From NCBI GenBank assembly GCA_964636545.1, contig CAZWSR010000004.1:9524-73523 (forward strand): a DNA stretch of 64,000 nucleotides. Direction: 5' to 3'. Below are positions 9,637 through 18,224 of this stretch, piece after piece (position 1 is the first letter of the stretch; every line of letters begins with the position of its first letter). Origin of the DNA: Candidatus Undinarchaeota archaeon (lineage in GTDB: Archaea; Undinarchaeota; Undinarchaeia; Undinarchaeales; UBA543). A program made the translations under genes and the position numbers. The notes beneath the pieces are model-generated. The model was not told where the DNA came from. It saw only the letters and a list, made by a program, of their open reading frames with translations, and searched no databases.

Positions 9637-10091
9637 TGGGACTATTAGCACATCCAATTTTGTTTATAACCATAGTTTCAGTGGTTCTTTCACTGATTCT
9701 AACACTTGTTAACAAGGTAATTGTTGACCAGGGCCGCATGAAAGAGATTCAGAAAAAAGTTTCTGGTTTTAATAAAGAAATTATGCGCGCTACTAAAGCA
9801 AAAGACACAGCAAAAGTTGCTGAATTAAACAAGGACAAGCCGCAGATTATGCAAATGCAACAGGAAATGATGAAAATGCAGATGCCAATGTTCATGTCAA
9901 TGGTTCCGTTTATTCTTGTGTTTATGGGTTTGAAAAGACTTGCAGTTTCAATGGACTGGGGTGTAATAATTCAATTACCATTTAATTTACCGATTTTAGG
10001 AATAAATAATTCATTTACTTGGCTTGGCTGGTACATACTTTGTTCTTTACCTTTCACTGCATTGTTTAGGAAAGTTTTAGGCGTCCGATGA
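9636..10091 (+). CDS. DUF106/EMC3-TMCO1 (Oxa1 superfamily) membrane protein
   Basis: TM, coiled coil, Met-rich TM, WLGWYILCS C-terminus; follows secY. Confidence 0.88.
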   Translation: MGLLAHPILFITIVSVVLSLILTLVNKVIVDQGRMKEIQKKVSGFNKEIMRATKAKDTAKVAELNKDKPQIMQMQQEMMKMQMPMFMSMVPFILVFMGLKRLAVSMDWGVIIQLPFNLPILGINNSFTWLGWYILCSLPFTALFRKVLGVR

Positions 10092-10696
10092 ATGAAGATT
10101 TCGTAGTAACTATTGGTGGACTGCACGGTTCTGGTAAAAGCACTATTGCAAAAGCAATTGCTGAGCATTATGGAATGACTCGATTTTCACCAGGAAAAGT
10201 TTTTAGGACTATAGCTAAGGAGAAAGGCATTCCTGTGCTTGAACTTAATAAAAATGCTCAAAAAGAAGTTGATTTGGAAGTAGATAGACAAAGCAAGGAA
10301 GCAGGTTTGAAAGGTAATGTAGTGATTGAAGGAGATCTTGCTGCTTGGGTTAATAAAGAAGTTCCAAATAAAACCGTAATCCGGATTTGGTTTAGTGCAA
10401 GTGCAGAAGCACGCGGAGAACGAATTTTTAATGATGAAAAAAGCAGAATTAGTGAAAAATATCCAACAATTGCTGAAGCAACTTCAAGTGTTACTGAAAG
10501 AGATACTGCTGATAGGGCACGGTATATAAAATATTATGAAATTGATTGGACTCCAGATACAGATGAAAAAACAGAAATAAATCATATTGAATATGATAAA
10601 GTTATTGATACTAGTAATTTAGATATTGAAGCAGTTAAAAAAGAAGTTTTTGAGTTTTTGGAAAGTAAAGGATTGAAACCAGCAGAAACTATTTAA
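10088..10696 (+). CDS. cmk: cytidylate kinase
   Basis: Walker A GLHGSGKST, G.VFR.IAKEKG, D..RY.KYY.ID; operon position. Confidence 0.88.
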   Translation: MNEDFVVTIGGLHGSGKSTIAKAIAEHYGMTRFSPGKVFRTIAKEKGIPVLELNKNAQKEVDLEVDRQSKEAGLKGNVVIEGDLAAWVNKEVPNKTVIRIWFSASAEARGERIFNDEKSRISEKYPTIAEATSSVTERDTADRARYIKYYEIDWTPDTDEKTEINHIEYDKVIDTSNLDIEAVKKEVFEFLESKGLKPAETI

Positions 10697-10720
10697 CCAC
10701 GCAAACCGCTCTTTTTGTTT

Positions 10721-11710
10721 ATGGGACATCTCCCTTTTGAGAAAAATAGAACAATTATCACTCGGTTTGAAGAAAAGACTGACCCTAAATATGGTTGTAT
10801 GCCTCATAAACAATCAATAAAAGATCTTTTGCAAGGTGGAGTTGTGAATATTGACAAGCCACCTGGGCCAACAACAACTCAAGTTTCTGAATATGTTAAA
10901 AATATCTTAGGTGCTAGAACTGCGGGTCACACTGGCACTTTAGACCCAAATGTGACAGGATGCGCTGTAATTGCCATCAATAACGCCACAAAAGTGACTT
11001 CTGCACTACTTCCTGCTGGAAAAGAGTACATTACTCTCATGCATTTGCATGAAAAAATTGATCAAAAAGAGCTTATGAAGGTGTTCAAGGAATTTACAGG
11101 AAAAATTTATCAAAGGCCTCCTGTGAAGTCAGCTGTTAAGCGGGATTTGCGAATGAGAACAGTTTATTATATTGAATTAATTGAGTTAAAGAATAAAGAT
11201 GTTTTATTCAAAATTGGTTGCCAAGCGGGCACATATATCCGCAGAATTTGTTATGATATTGGAGCTGTTCTTGGTTGCGGAGCGCATATGCAACAACTTA
11301 AGAGAAGTAAAACAGCTGCATTTGATATTGGAGATAGTGTGACTTTGCAAAAGTTATCTGATGCTTATTATTTTTACAAAGAAAAAAAAGATGAGAAAAG
11401 ATTAAGAAAATATTTATTGCCAAAAGAAGCAGCACTTTCACATTTGCCAAAGATTTTTGTTTCAGATACTTGTGTTGATGCAATTTGTCATGGGGCTCAG
11501 TTAGCACTTCCAGGGATTGCTAGATTTGATTCAGGAATTTCTGAAAATGAATTAGTTGCTGTTTATACTTTGAAAGGAGAAGCAGTGCTTCTTGCTCGCG
11601 CTTTAATGACTTCAGAAGAAATGACTAAAAGGAAGAAAGGACTGGTCACAAAAACTGAACGGGTTTTGATGAAGACGGGGGTTTATCCAAAAAATGAAAG
11701 AAAAGATTGA
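10721..11710 (+). CDS. cbf5: H/ACA RNA-guided pseudouridine synthase Cbf5
   Basis: DKPPGPT, GHTGTLDPNVTG, YQRPPVKSAVKR, AGTYIR; PUA domain. Confidence 0.95.
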   Translation: MGHLPFEKNRTIITRFEEKTDPKYGCMPHKQSIKDLLQGGVVNIDKPPGPTTTQVSEYVKNILGARTAGHTGTLDPNVTGCAVIAINNATKVTSALLPAGKEYITLMHLHEKIDQKELMKVFKEFTGKIYQRPPVKSAVKRDLRMRTVYYIELIELKNKDVLFKIGCQAGTYIRRICYDIGAVLGCGAHMQQLKRSKTAAFDIGDSVTLQKLSDAYYFYKEKKDEKRLRKYLLPKEAALSHLPKIFVSDTCVDAICHGAQLALPGIARFDSGISENELVAVYTLKGEAVLLARALMTSEEMTKRKKGLVTKTERVLMKTGVYPKNERKD

Positions 11711-12350
11711 AACAGAAATACCTCAAGAGCATTACTTTAATGAAACAACTGAAATCCCATTGCAATTAGGGCTACTTAGTGGTTTAATTAAAGAAGTCAT
11801 GTTTGAATTTTACACTTCTCCACCTGTTTTTTCATGGAAATCTTTTGATAAAGGTAGTGTAGTGCTTGCTGAGAAAATGAAAATACGTCCTACTGATAAA
11901 AAATTACTAGATCTTGGTTGCGGTTATGGCATGATCGGAATTGTTGCTGCTGTTTTGAATCCAACTTTGCATGTAACTATGGTTGATAAAAGCAATAGAG
12001 CAATTTTGCTTGCATTAAAAAATATTCAAAAATATCGATTGAAAAAACAAGCTGAAGTAGTTCAAGGTGATTTGTATGAGAACTTGAAGTTCGTGAACAA
12101 TAAGCAAAAAGAAGTTTTAAGGAAATTTGATGTAATAGTTTGCAATCCACCGTATTCTGCTGGAAAAGAAGTTGTAAATAAAATAATTGAGCAAGCTCCA
12201 AATTATTTAAGTGCAAATGGAAACTTACAAATTGTTGGTAGAAAATCAAAAGGTGGAGAAATGTACAAGCAAAAAATGATTGAAGTTTTCGGGAACTGTG
12301 AGGAGTTTGGAATTGAGAGTGGGTTTAGGATTTACATGAGTAAAGTATAA
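11694..12350 (+). CDS. class I SAM methyltransferase (RsmC/MTS-like)
   Basis: VFS..SFDKGS, LDLGCGYG, NPPY. Confidence 0.85.
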   Translation: MKEKIETEIPQEHYFNETTEIPLQLGLLSGLIKEVMFEFYTSPPVFSWKSFDKGSVVLAEKMKIRPTDKKLLDLGCGYGMIGIVAAVLNPTLHVTMVDKSNRAILLALKNIQKYRLKKQAEVVQGDLYENLKFVNNKQKEVLRKFDVIVCNPPYSAGKEVVNKIIEQAPNYLSANGNLQIVGRKSKGGEMYKQKMIEVFGNCEEFGIESGFRIYMSKV

Positions 12351-12461
12351 AAAATATTGGCTTCGTTTTGCGAGCCCAACTCTTTTGCCATGAAAAATTT
12401 ATTAAAAATAATATGAAGCGAGTTTTCCTGCCCGAGACAAGCCCGAACAGGCCTCGCAAAG

Positions 12462-12545
12462 CGCGGGGAGCCGGATTTGAACCAGCATATCCGTAAGGAA
12501 ACTACCTTTCCAGGGTAGCGCAGTACCAGATTGTGCCACCCCCGC
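12462..12545 (-). tRNA. tRNA-Ser(GGA)
   Basis: Acceptor GCGGGGG/TCCCCGC, anticodon arm CTACC-CT-GGA-AA-GGTAG, long variable arm, TTCAAATCC, G discriminator. Confidence 0.93.
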
Positions 12546-12585
12546 ATAGCAATTATTAGAATCTTATGATGTTTAAAAGCTTTAT

Positions 12586-12735
12586 CTAATGACCGCCAGT
12601 AGCTCCGACACTCTCAGCACCGCCGAAATTGCCAAAAATACCAAGCAAAATAAGGCCAATAACAACTATTACTGCAATTATAATAACATACTCAACCCAT
12701 CCTTGGCCTTTTTTTGGAAGCAAGAATTGAAACAT
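12586..12735 (-). CDS. small class III signal peptide (type IV pilin-like) protein, 49 aa
   Basis: MFQFLLPKKG/QGWVEYVIIIAVIVVIGL: KKG^Q cleavage site, Glu at +5, hydrophobic helix. Confidence 0.8.
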   Translation of the reverse strand: MFQFLLPKKGQGWVEYVIIIAVIVVIGLILLGIFGNFGGAESVGATGGH

Positions 12736-12814
12736 AAATACAAAGAGGTTTGGATGGTTTATAAAGATTCCCACCAATTTCTTTAAATACCATTACTTCA
12801 TATCACTTTTTATT

Positions 12815-14236
12815 ATGAGAGGATGGCTACCATTAATAACAATTATCTTTTTTGCTGTATTAGCTGCAGGAGTTGCTGCTGATGACACCGCCCCAACAAT
12901 AGAACTAAATTCCCCTTTGGATGACAGTAGTTTCTTTTTTGGAAATATCGATTTCAAATACACCCCAGATGATGCAGCAGGAGTCTACAGGTGCACACTT
13001 TTCATAAATGAAACACTAGCTCGAACTTCATCTGAAATTTCAAATGATGCTGAAAATACATTCACACATAACATGCTTGATGGAATTTATGATTGGTCAA
13101 TTTATTGTGAAGATCCAGATGGGAACAATCACACAACAACAAATCGCACATTGAAAATCTTTTCAGATACCCAAGTGCCAAATGTGACAGTACAAACTTT
13201 TCTGGAAACTGAAAAGAAATCAAGTATTCAATTTAATTACACTGTTGTTGAAAATGGTTCTGGAATAGATAACTGTAAACTTTTTATTGATAATGCAGAA
13301 GTACAAACTAGCACCTCGGTAAATGATAATGAAACTCAACATTTTACTTATTCTGTTGATGAAGGAGATAGTAATTGGTATGTGAAATGCACTGATGAAC
13401 ACGGCAATTACCAAGATTCTGGAACGTCACAAGTTACTGTAATGCTACCTCCAAAAGTTGTATTACTTTCTCCGGAAAATAATCATGAAACAGATGCATC
13501 TACATTAATCTTTAAATATATCCCAACTTCAACAAGAAATATTGCACGCTGTGACCTGCTTTTCAATAATGTAACTAACAAATCGATATTTGTTATAGAT
13601 AATGGCGTTGAACAAAGTTTCGAAATTACGCGCATTCCAACAAGAGTTATTGATTGGACTGTTGAGTGTAAAGACTCAGAAGACTTGCTTGGAAGAGCTG
13701 ATGAGCGCGCACTGATAGTTACAACAACAGATATTCTTGAAAGCGAAGCCCCAGGAGTTCTTCTTGTTCACCCAGTAGACATTAGTGTTGTAAACGGCTC
13801 TAAGTTCTCATTTAAAGCAACATCAGAATTAGTTGACATATCAATTTGTGAATTATATATTGATGATCTCTGGAATGCAACAGATGCCGAAGTGGAAAGT
13901 GGAGTGCAACAAGACTTTGACTTTACTGTTTTTGAGTTAGGTGAATATATCTGGCAAGTTACTTGTATGAATGAGCGCGGCCAAACTACTGTTTCAGATA
14001 ATGCAACTTTCATAATTGTTGATGAATTACCAGATGATATTGATGGTGTAAATCCGAAAATAGATGAAGATATTGATGATGAAACAATTGCAGAATTAAC
14101 TGGAAGAAGTAAGCTTAAAGGTGCAATAAAAATGATGTTCTACCTATTGGTTCCGCTTTTGATTGTGGTATGGTTAGTAAAACGGCAAATGCGTGATCCT
14201 TATGGAGCAACCGGGCAATATTCTAGGCGAGGATAA
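12815..14236 (+). CDS. cell-surface protein with about 4 repeated Ig-like beta modules and C-terminal TM anchor
   Basis: Signal peptide; repeated P.v.L.sP...F.Y...C.L.id...W.v.C.d units; TM near the C-terminus. Confidence 0.75.
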   Translation: MRGWLPLITIIFFAVLAAGVAADDTAPTIELNSPLDDSSFFFGNIDFKYTPDDAAGVYRCTLFINETLARTSSEISNDAENTFTHNMLDGIYDWSIYCEDPDGNNHTTTNRTLKIFSDTQVPNVTVQTFLETEKKSSIQFNYTVVENGSGIDNCKLFIDNAEVQTSTSVNDNETQHFTYSVDEGDSNWYVKCTDEHGNYQDSGTSQVTVMLPPKVVLLSPENNHETDASTLIFKYIPTSTRNIARCDLLFNNVTNKSIFVIDNGVEQSFEITRIPTRVIDWTVECKDSEDLLGRADERALIVTTTDILESEAPGVLLVHPVDISVVNGSKFSFKATSELVDISICELYIDDLWNATDAEVESGVQQDFDFTVFELGEYIWQVTCMNERGQTTVSDNATFIIVDELPDDIDGVNPKIDEDIDDETIAELTGRSKLKGAIKMMFYLLVPLLIVVWLVKRQMRDPYGATGQYSRRG

Positions 14237-14987
14237 GTACAAGTATTCCAAGCGCCCAGCAATAATATGCGAAATAATGGAATTTTTGTTTCTTGATAAC
14301 AAGGTTAATCAATAGTTTTAATGAGAAATAACCAACAACAAGCGCAGTCAAGAACCCAGCAATATATGGGGTGCTAATTAGCTCTGCAGTAACATTTCCA
14401 ATATTCAAAAGAATTGCTCCAACAAATGCTGGAATTGCTATTAAAAATGAAAATCGTACTGCATCTTCTCTTGAAACACCTTGCAAAGTTGCTGTACTAA
14501 TTGTTGAACCACTTCTAGATATGCCTGGAAACAGTGCAAGTGCTTGAGAAATTCCAATTATAATTGAATTAAATATCCCAACTTTGGCTGTAATTTTTCT
14601 CCAATTTGAAAAGAACAATAAAGTTCCAGTGAACAAGAACGCAATTCCAATGAAAATCATATTTGTAAAGATTGCTTCAGCGTATGTTCTAAAGAAATAA
14701 CCAACTAACAGAACTGGGATATTTGCAAGTATTATGTAAAGTCCCCATTTGAATTCCTTGCTCTTTATATCCCATTTAACAATTGCACGCAGTATTGCGA
14801 TTATATCTTTTGAAAAAACACCAAGTATAACAATTAATGTTGCAATATGAACTAAAAGATCAAACATTATTGGAGCTCCAAGTCCAAAGAATTTTTGAGT
14901 AATTGCTAAATGGCCTGAACTAGACACCGGTAGCCACTCAGTAATACCTTGAATCACGCCCAACAGAATGCCCTGTAGTAAATTCAT
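14223..14987 (-). CDS. uppP: undecaprenyl-diphosphate phosphatase (BacA/UppP family)
   Basis: QGITEWLPVSSSGHL and PGISRSGSTI motifs. Confidence 0.93.
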   Translation of the reverse strand: MNLLQGILLGVIQGITEWLPVSSSGHLAITQKFFGLGAPIMFDLLVHIATLIVILGVFSKDIIAILRAIVKWDIKSKEFKWGLYIILANIPVLLVGYFFRTYAEAIFTNMIFIGIAFLFTGTLLFFSNWRKITAKVGIFNSIIIGISQALALFPGISRSGSTISTATLQGVSREDAVRFSFLIAIPAFVGAILLNIGNVTAELISTPYIAGFLTALVVGYFSLKLLINLVIKKQKFHYFAYYCWALGILVLILA

Positions 14988-15036
14988 GATTTCAGTTTAA
15001 TAACCTTTAAATAAATACTTTTGGTACCCTTGTACT

Positions 15037-15258
15037 ATGACAAAAAAGCAGGAATTTGAACAATGGTTGCCTGCAATTGGAATCGGGCTCTTAGGAGGTG
15101 CAACTCTATTTTTTGTTAACATCCTCTTAGCCAAGTTCGTATTCAAGAATCCAGTAGATGTCCAACAAATTCTGTTGACTGCTTTCGTTTTTGCAGTGGT
15201 TTTTACAATAGTCTCATATCAGTGGGATAAAAAGAAAGTTCAAAAACCTAAGAATTGA
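15037..15258 (+). CDS. small 2-TM membrane protein
   Basis: Two hydrophobic segments; TATA-like tttaaata about 25 nt upstream. Confidence 0.65.
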   Translation: MTKKQEFEQWLPAIGIGLLGGATLFFVNILLAKFVFKNPVDVQQILLTAFVFAVVFTIVSYQWDKKKVQKPKN

Positions 15259-15274
15259 GGGAGTAAAAAAGATT

Positions 15275-15424
15275 ATGGTAAAAATAAGATGTCCTGACTG
15301 TAAGGAAATTATAGAACCTGAACAAAAAGATGGCAAGAATATTTGTCCTAAATGTAATGCTGTGATTTATGGTGAATTGCGACCATCGCCGTGTTCAATG
15401 TGTAGTGCTTGTGATGGTTGTTAA
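15275..15424 (+). CDS. Cys-rich Zn-ribbon microprotein, 49 aa (not in ORF track)
   Basis: MVKIRCPDCKEIIEPEQKDGKNICPKCNAVIYGELRPSPCSMCSACDGC; upstream gagggag SD-like sequence. Confidence 0.75.
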   Translation: MVKIRCPDCKEIIEPEQKDGKNICPKCNAVIYGELRPSPCSMCSACDGC

Positions 15425-15509
15425 TAGGGGTTTAATTTATATACTACTTTAATCTACCAACCAGCCTCATTATGGGATTGGTTTTCAATAATGGGGAGGA
15501 GAATAAAAA

Positions 15510-15872
15510 ATGACAGATGATCAAGAAACTAATGTAGAAGAACAAGCACCTGCAGAAGAAACTACTGAAGCGCCTGCAGAAGAGACAACTGAGGAAACCT
15601 CAGAAGAAACTCCAGCTGAAGAAACAAGTGAAGAGTCAGACGACAATCCTGATGATGACACTGAAGAAGCAAAAGATGAGGAAGAAATTGCTAAAGAAGA
15701 GTCAACAGAAGAATCATCTGAAGAATCCACAGAAGCCCCAGCTGAAGAGAAATCTGAAGAATCCACAGACGCTCCAGCAGAAACTGAAGAAGCACCTGCA
15801 GAGGAAGCACCAGCAGAAGAATCCACAGAGGAAACTTCTGAAGAAGCACCAGCAGAAGAAACTTCAGAGTAA
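15510..15872 (+). CDS. highly acidic low-complexity (E/A/P/T/S) protein
   Basis: Repeated APAEE units; strong GGAGGAG SD. Confidence 0.75.
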   Translation: MTDDQETNVEEQAPAEETTEAPAEETTEETSEETPAEETSEESDDNPDDDTEEAKDEEEIAKEESTEESSEESTEAPAEEKSEESTDAPAETEEAPAEEAPAEESTEETSEEAPAEETSE

Positions 15873-16001
15873 ATGACTGCAACTTGTTCAAAGTGTGGCG
15901 AAGTAATGCCAACATGGCCTACTGATGGAAAGTGCACAAAATGCGAGGCTGTTCTTAATAAAGAACAAACTTGCTGTGGTTGCACTGGATGCCACGCATA
16001 A
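15873..16001 (+). CDS. Cys-rich Zn-ribbon microprotein, 42 aa (not in ORF track)
   Basis: MTATCSKCGEVMPTWPTDGKCTKCEAVLNKEQTCCGCTGCHA; ATG immediately follows the upstream TAA. Confidence 0.7.
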   Translation: MTATCSKCGEVMPTWPTDGKCTKCEAVLNKEQTCCGCTGCHA

Positions 16002-16012
16002 ATTAATCAAAA

Positions 16013-16050
16013 ACCTACGGGGTAAAATCCGTGGGTAAATTTATTTTTTA
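16013..16050 (+). terminator. hairpin plus T-rich tract, putative terminator
   Basis: acctacggg-gtaaaa-tccgtgggt followed by tttatttttt. Confidence 0.5.
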
Positions 16051-16085
16051 GAAATTAATTTAGTTAGATAATTTAATTGTTTTAA

Positions 16086-16160
16086 ATGTTGAACCGAAGG
16101 TTCATGTTGAACCGAAGGTTCATGTTGAACCGAAGGTTCATGTTGAACTGAAAGTTCAAC
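16086..16160. repeat. 18-bp tandem palindromic repeat x4
   Basis: atgttgaaccgaaggttc x3 plus atgttgaactgaaagttc. Confidence 0.9.
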
Positions 16161-16162
16161 TT

Positions 16163-16233
16163 CTGTCTGGTAAACAAATTGTACTGTCCAGACAGTGACT
16201 TTTGTTTGGTAACCAATTTGTATGCCCAAACAA
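16163..16233. repeat. two diverged copies of a ~33-bp stem-loop
   Basis: ctgtctgg-taaacaaattgtactgt-ccagacag and ttgtttgg-taaccaatttgtatgc-ccaaacaa. Confidence 0.75.
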
Positions 16234-16242
16234 TTAATTAAT

Positions 16243-16719
16243 TTATTCAGAAGGTTTTGCTTCTATTTCAGGAGTTGGGGCTTCTGGCTTAGGTGCTTCT
16301 GCGATTTTCTTTGGTTCAGGAGTCTTAGGAACTTCATCATTTCCAACTAATATAGCATTAATTGTTCCAGTTTGTCCAGGTCTGCTAACCACCTTTGCTA
16401 AACCAGCACTTGTATCAACAATAGCGCCCTTTGTTATGGTGTTTCTTCGCACAAAGTGGGGGTTTGATGGGTTTTCCTTAACAGTTTTGATCTCTGCTTT
16501 TTGGTATTTTCCTGTTTTTTTATCTAGAACATTAGCTTCTTTAACTAAAAGAGCACGAGTTTTTGTAGTTGCTCCTCGACCACGCATAGTTTTGGTTTTC
16601 TTGTCGCCGATCGTAACTTCAAGTAGAGTATGGCCTAGCTGTGCTAATCTTTTACCTTTTAGATGATGGTACTTGCCACCAGTTGATTTTCTCTTTGAAT
16701 AAGCTTGTAGTTTTGCCAT
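16243..16719 (-). CDS. rps8e: 30S ribosomal protein eS8
   Basis: SKRKSTGG, NPSNPHFVRRNTITKGAIV, SRPGQTGTINA. Confidence 0.96.
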   Translation of the reverse strand: MAKLQAYSKRKSTGGKYHHLKGKRLAQLGHTLLEVTIGDKKTKTMRGRGATTKTRALLVKEANVLDKKTGKYQKAEIKTVKENPSNPHFVRRNTITKGAIVDTSAGLAKVVSRPGQTGTINAILVGNDEVPKTPEPKKIAEAPKPEAPTPEIEAKPSE

Positions 16720-16783
16720 GAGTATCAATTTACACAGAGTTTACAATATATAAAGTTAATGGTGGGTTTTGAAATGTTAATAG

Positions 16784-16857
16784 TGGGCCCGAAGGGATTT
16801 GAACCCTCAACCTAGTGATTAAGAGTCACTCGCTCTACCAGCTTGAGCCACGGGCCC
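16784..16857 (-). tRNA. tRNA-Lys(CTT)
   Basis: GGGCCCG/CGGGCCC acceptor; AGTGA-CT-CTT-AA-TCACT. Confidence 0.95.
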
Positions 16858-16911
16858 TATATTGACTAACAGATTTTAACTTTTAAAAACTTAACGCCCA
16901 TTGAAGGGCAA

Positions 16912-17133
16912 TCACTTCTTTACTGCCTTTTTAACATTTCGAATATCACGAGCCATAATTTTCCTCATTTTAACTGCTCTGCCTTGTCCAGTTCGTCTTT
17001 TTGCACTGTTTCCAAAGCCACAGCTAGAACAAATTTTCTTGCTTTTATGATATGCTAATTCGCCGCATCTACGACACTTGATATGGGTTTTGCCCTTATT
17101 ATGTCGTCCACGGCTTGGAGTTCCCTTACTCAT
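16912..17133 (-). CDS. rpl37e: 50S ribosomal protein eL37
   Basis: [23 protein letters not shown]. Confidence 0.96.
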   Translation of the reverse strand: MSKGTPSRGRHNKGKTHIKCRRCGELAYHKSKKICSSCGFGNSAKRRTGQGRAVKMRKIMARDIRNVKKAVKK

Positions 17134-17139
17134 TTTTCC

Positions 17140-17198
17140 TCGTTATTTGTTTTTAGTTGTTCGTTTTTCGTAAACCAAAAACGAATAACCAACAACGA
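17140..17198. repeat. palindromic heptamer array, class 1 (TNGTWNT)
   Basis: tcgttat-ttgtttt-tagttgt-tcgtttt-tcgt / aaaacga-ataacca-acaacga between Sm and rpl37e. Confidence 0.8.
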
Positions 17199-17199
17199 A

Positions 17200-17391
17200 T
17201 TACTCTTTAAATGTAATGAACAAAATATTATCGCCACGCACCAACATAGTTTCTTCTTTTTCAATGATTAAGTTCATATGTGCGTCAAATGCTTTCAATA
17301 TTCCAGTTATGTCTTTACCTTCTTTTAATTGAATAACAATTTGTTTATCTATTGAGTTATTCAATGAATCAAAGGGTCTTTGTTCAGTCAT
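17200..17391 (-). CDS. Sm/LSm protein (SmAP)
   Basis: RPFDSL, G.L.AFDAHMNL, LVRGDNI; conserved linkage to rpl37e. Confidence 0.93.
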   Translation of the reverse strand: MTEQRPFDSLNNSIDKQIVIQLKEGKDITGILKAFDAHMNLIIEKEETMLVRGDNILFITFKE

Positions 17392-17441
17392 TGTGCGTTT
17401 CCTATTCAGTGAGTGCTATATAAAGTTTATCCTGTTGGTTA

Positions 17442-17490
17442 AGGTAGCAGCCCTCGGCTATCAGTTCCTGATGGCTGACTGCTGACACCT
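17442..17490. repeat. palindromic heptamer array, class 2
   Basis: aggtagc-agccctc-ggctatc-ag / ctgatgg-ctgactg-ctgacac-ct. Confidence 0.7.
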
Positions 17491-17493
17491 AGC

Positions 17494-18048
17494 TTAAACC
17501 TTTTTCTTAATGTGAGTAACATCTCTCTTCAAAGTTTGAATGTGTTTTACAGTCTCTTCCATGTGCTTTTTAACATCACTCATGTGGCGTTTAACAGATT
17601 CTACACCTTTATCTGTCTTAATATTTAGATTGTAATCTTTTTTAACTGTCCTGATCAGTCCTTTAATATCTTCTAAATCCTTTTGCATATCTGCAATTTC
17701 GTGCTCTGCTTTGCGATTTACAGCAAAATCATATTCAAATCTCTTGCGATCTTTTTCTGATTGCCTGTTTTGGCTCATAAGAATTATTGGTGCCTGGAAT
17801 GCTGCAAGACAAGATAAGAATAAATTAAGTAAGATGAATGGGAATGGGTCAAATGGTTTCCCACCAAGATATCTTGTTAAATAATAACTGTTTAGCCCAA
17901 CCCAAACAACCAAAACAATAACGAAACTTAAAATAAACACCCAAGAACCCATTAAAGCAGTCATTCTATCAGCAGCCCTATCAGCAAAAGATTCTTTGTT
18001 TTTTGGAGGACGTTTGTCGTTATGCAGTAAATGGAATTTTTCAGCCAT
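17494..18048 (-). CDS. DUF1003 family membrane protein
   Basis: AD....GSW.FI, FDPFPFILLNLFLS..AAFQAPIILMSQNRQ. Confidence 0.9.
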   Translation of the reverse strand: MAEKFHLLHNDKRPPKNKESFADRAADRMTALMGSWVFILSFVIVLVVWVGLNSYYLTRYLGGKPFDPFPFILLNLFLSCLAAFQAPIILMSQNRQSEKDRKRFEYDFAVNRKAEHEIADMQKDLEDIKGLIRTVKKDYNLNIKTDKGVESVKRHMSDVKKHMEETVKHIQTLKRDVTHIKKKV

Positions 18049-18096
18049 AAAAAGTGATAGAGAATTATGGTTTAAATAGTTTTAGCAGAAGAAAAG

Positions 18097-18173
18097 TGGA
18101 GCCCCGAGGGAGAGTTGAACTCCCGACCTTTCGCTTACAAGGCGAACGCTCTACCGAGCTGAGCTATCGAGGC
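18097..18173 (-). tRNA. tRNA-Thr(TGT), CCA encoded
   Basis: TTCGC-CT-TGT-AA-GCGAA anticodon arm; GCCTCGA/TCGGGGC acceptor. Confidence 0.95.
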
Positions 18174-18224
18174 ATAGCTCATATTACAAATTAGACGGAA
18201 TAAAAAGGTTTTGGTGTCTTAAAA

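Noticed and set aside
15521-15985. 154-aa Ser-rich minus-strand ORF
   Set aside because: Antisense shadow of the acidic low-complexity gene, which has the SD and promoter
16061-16087. dif/Xer site (TAGTTAGATAA-TTTAA-TTGTTTTAAAT)
   Set aside because: Spacer is 5 rather than 6 bp and the match is weak in very AT-rich DNA
16041-16229. 62-aa ORF with SVQHEP repeats
   Set aside because: By-product of the 18-bp repeat; the compensatory base changes point to nucleic-acid-level constraint and there is no good start context
16086-16233. CRISPR array
   Set aside because: Units are directly tandem with no unique spacers, only 18 bp long, and no cas genes are in the window
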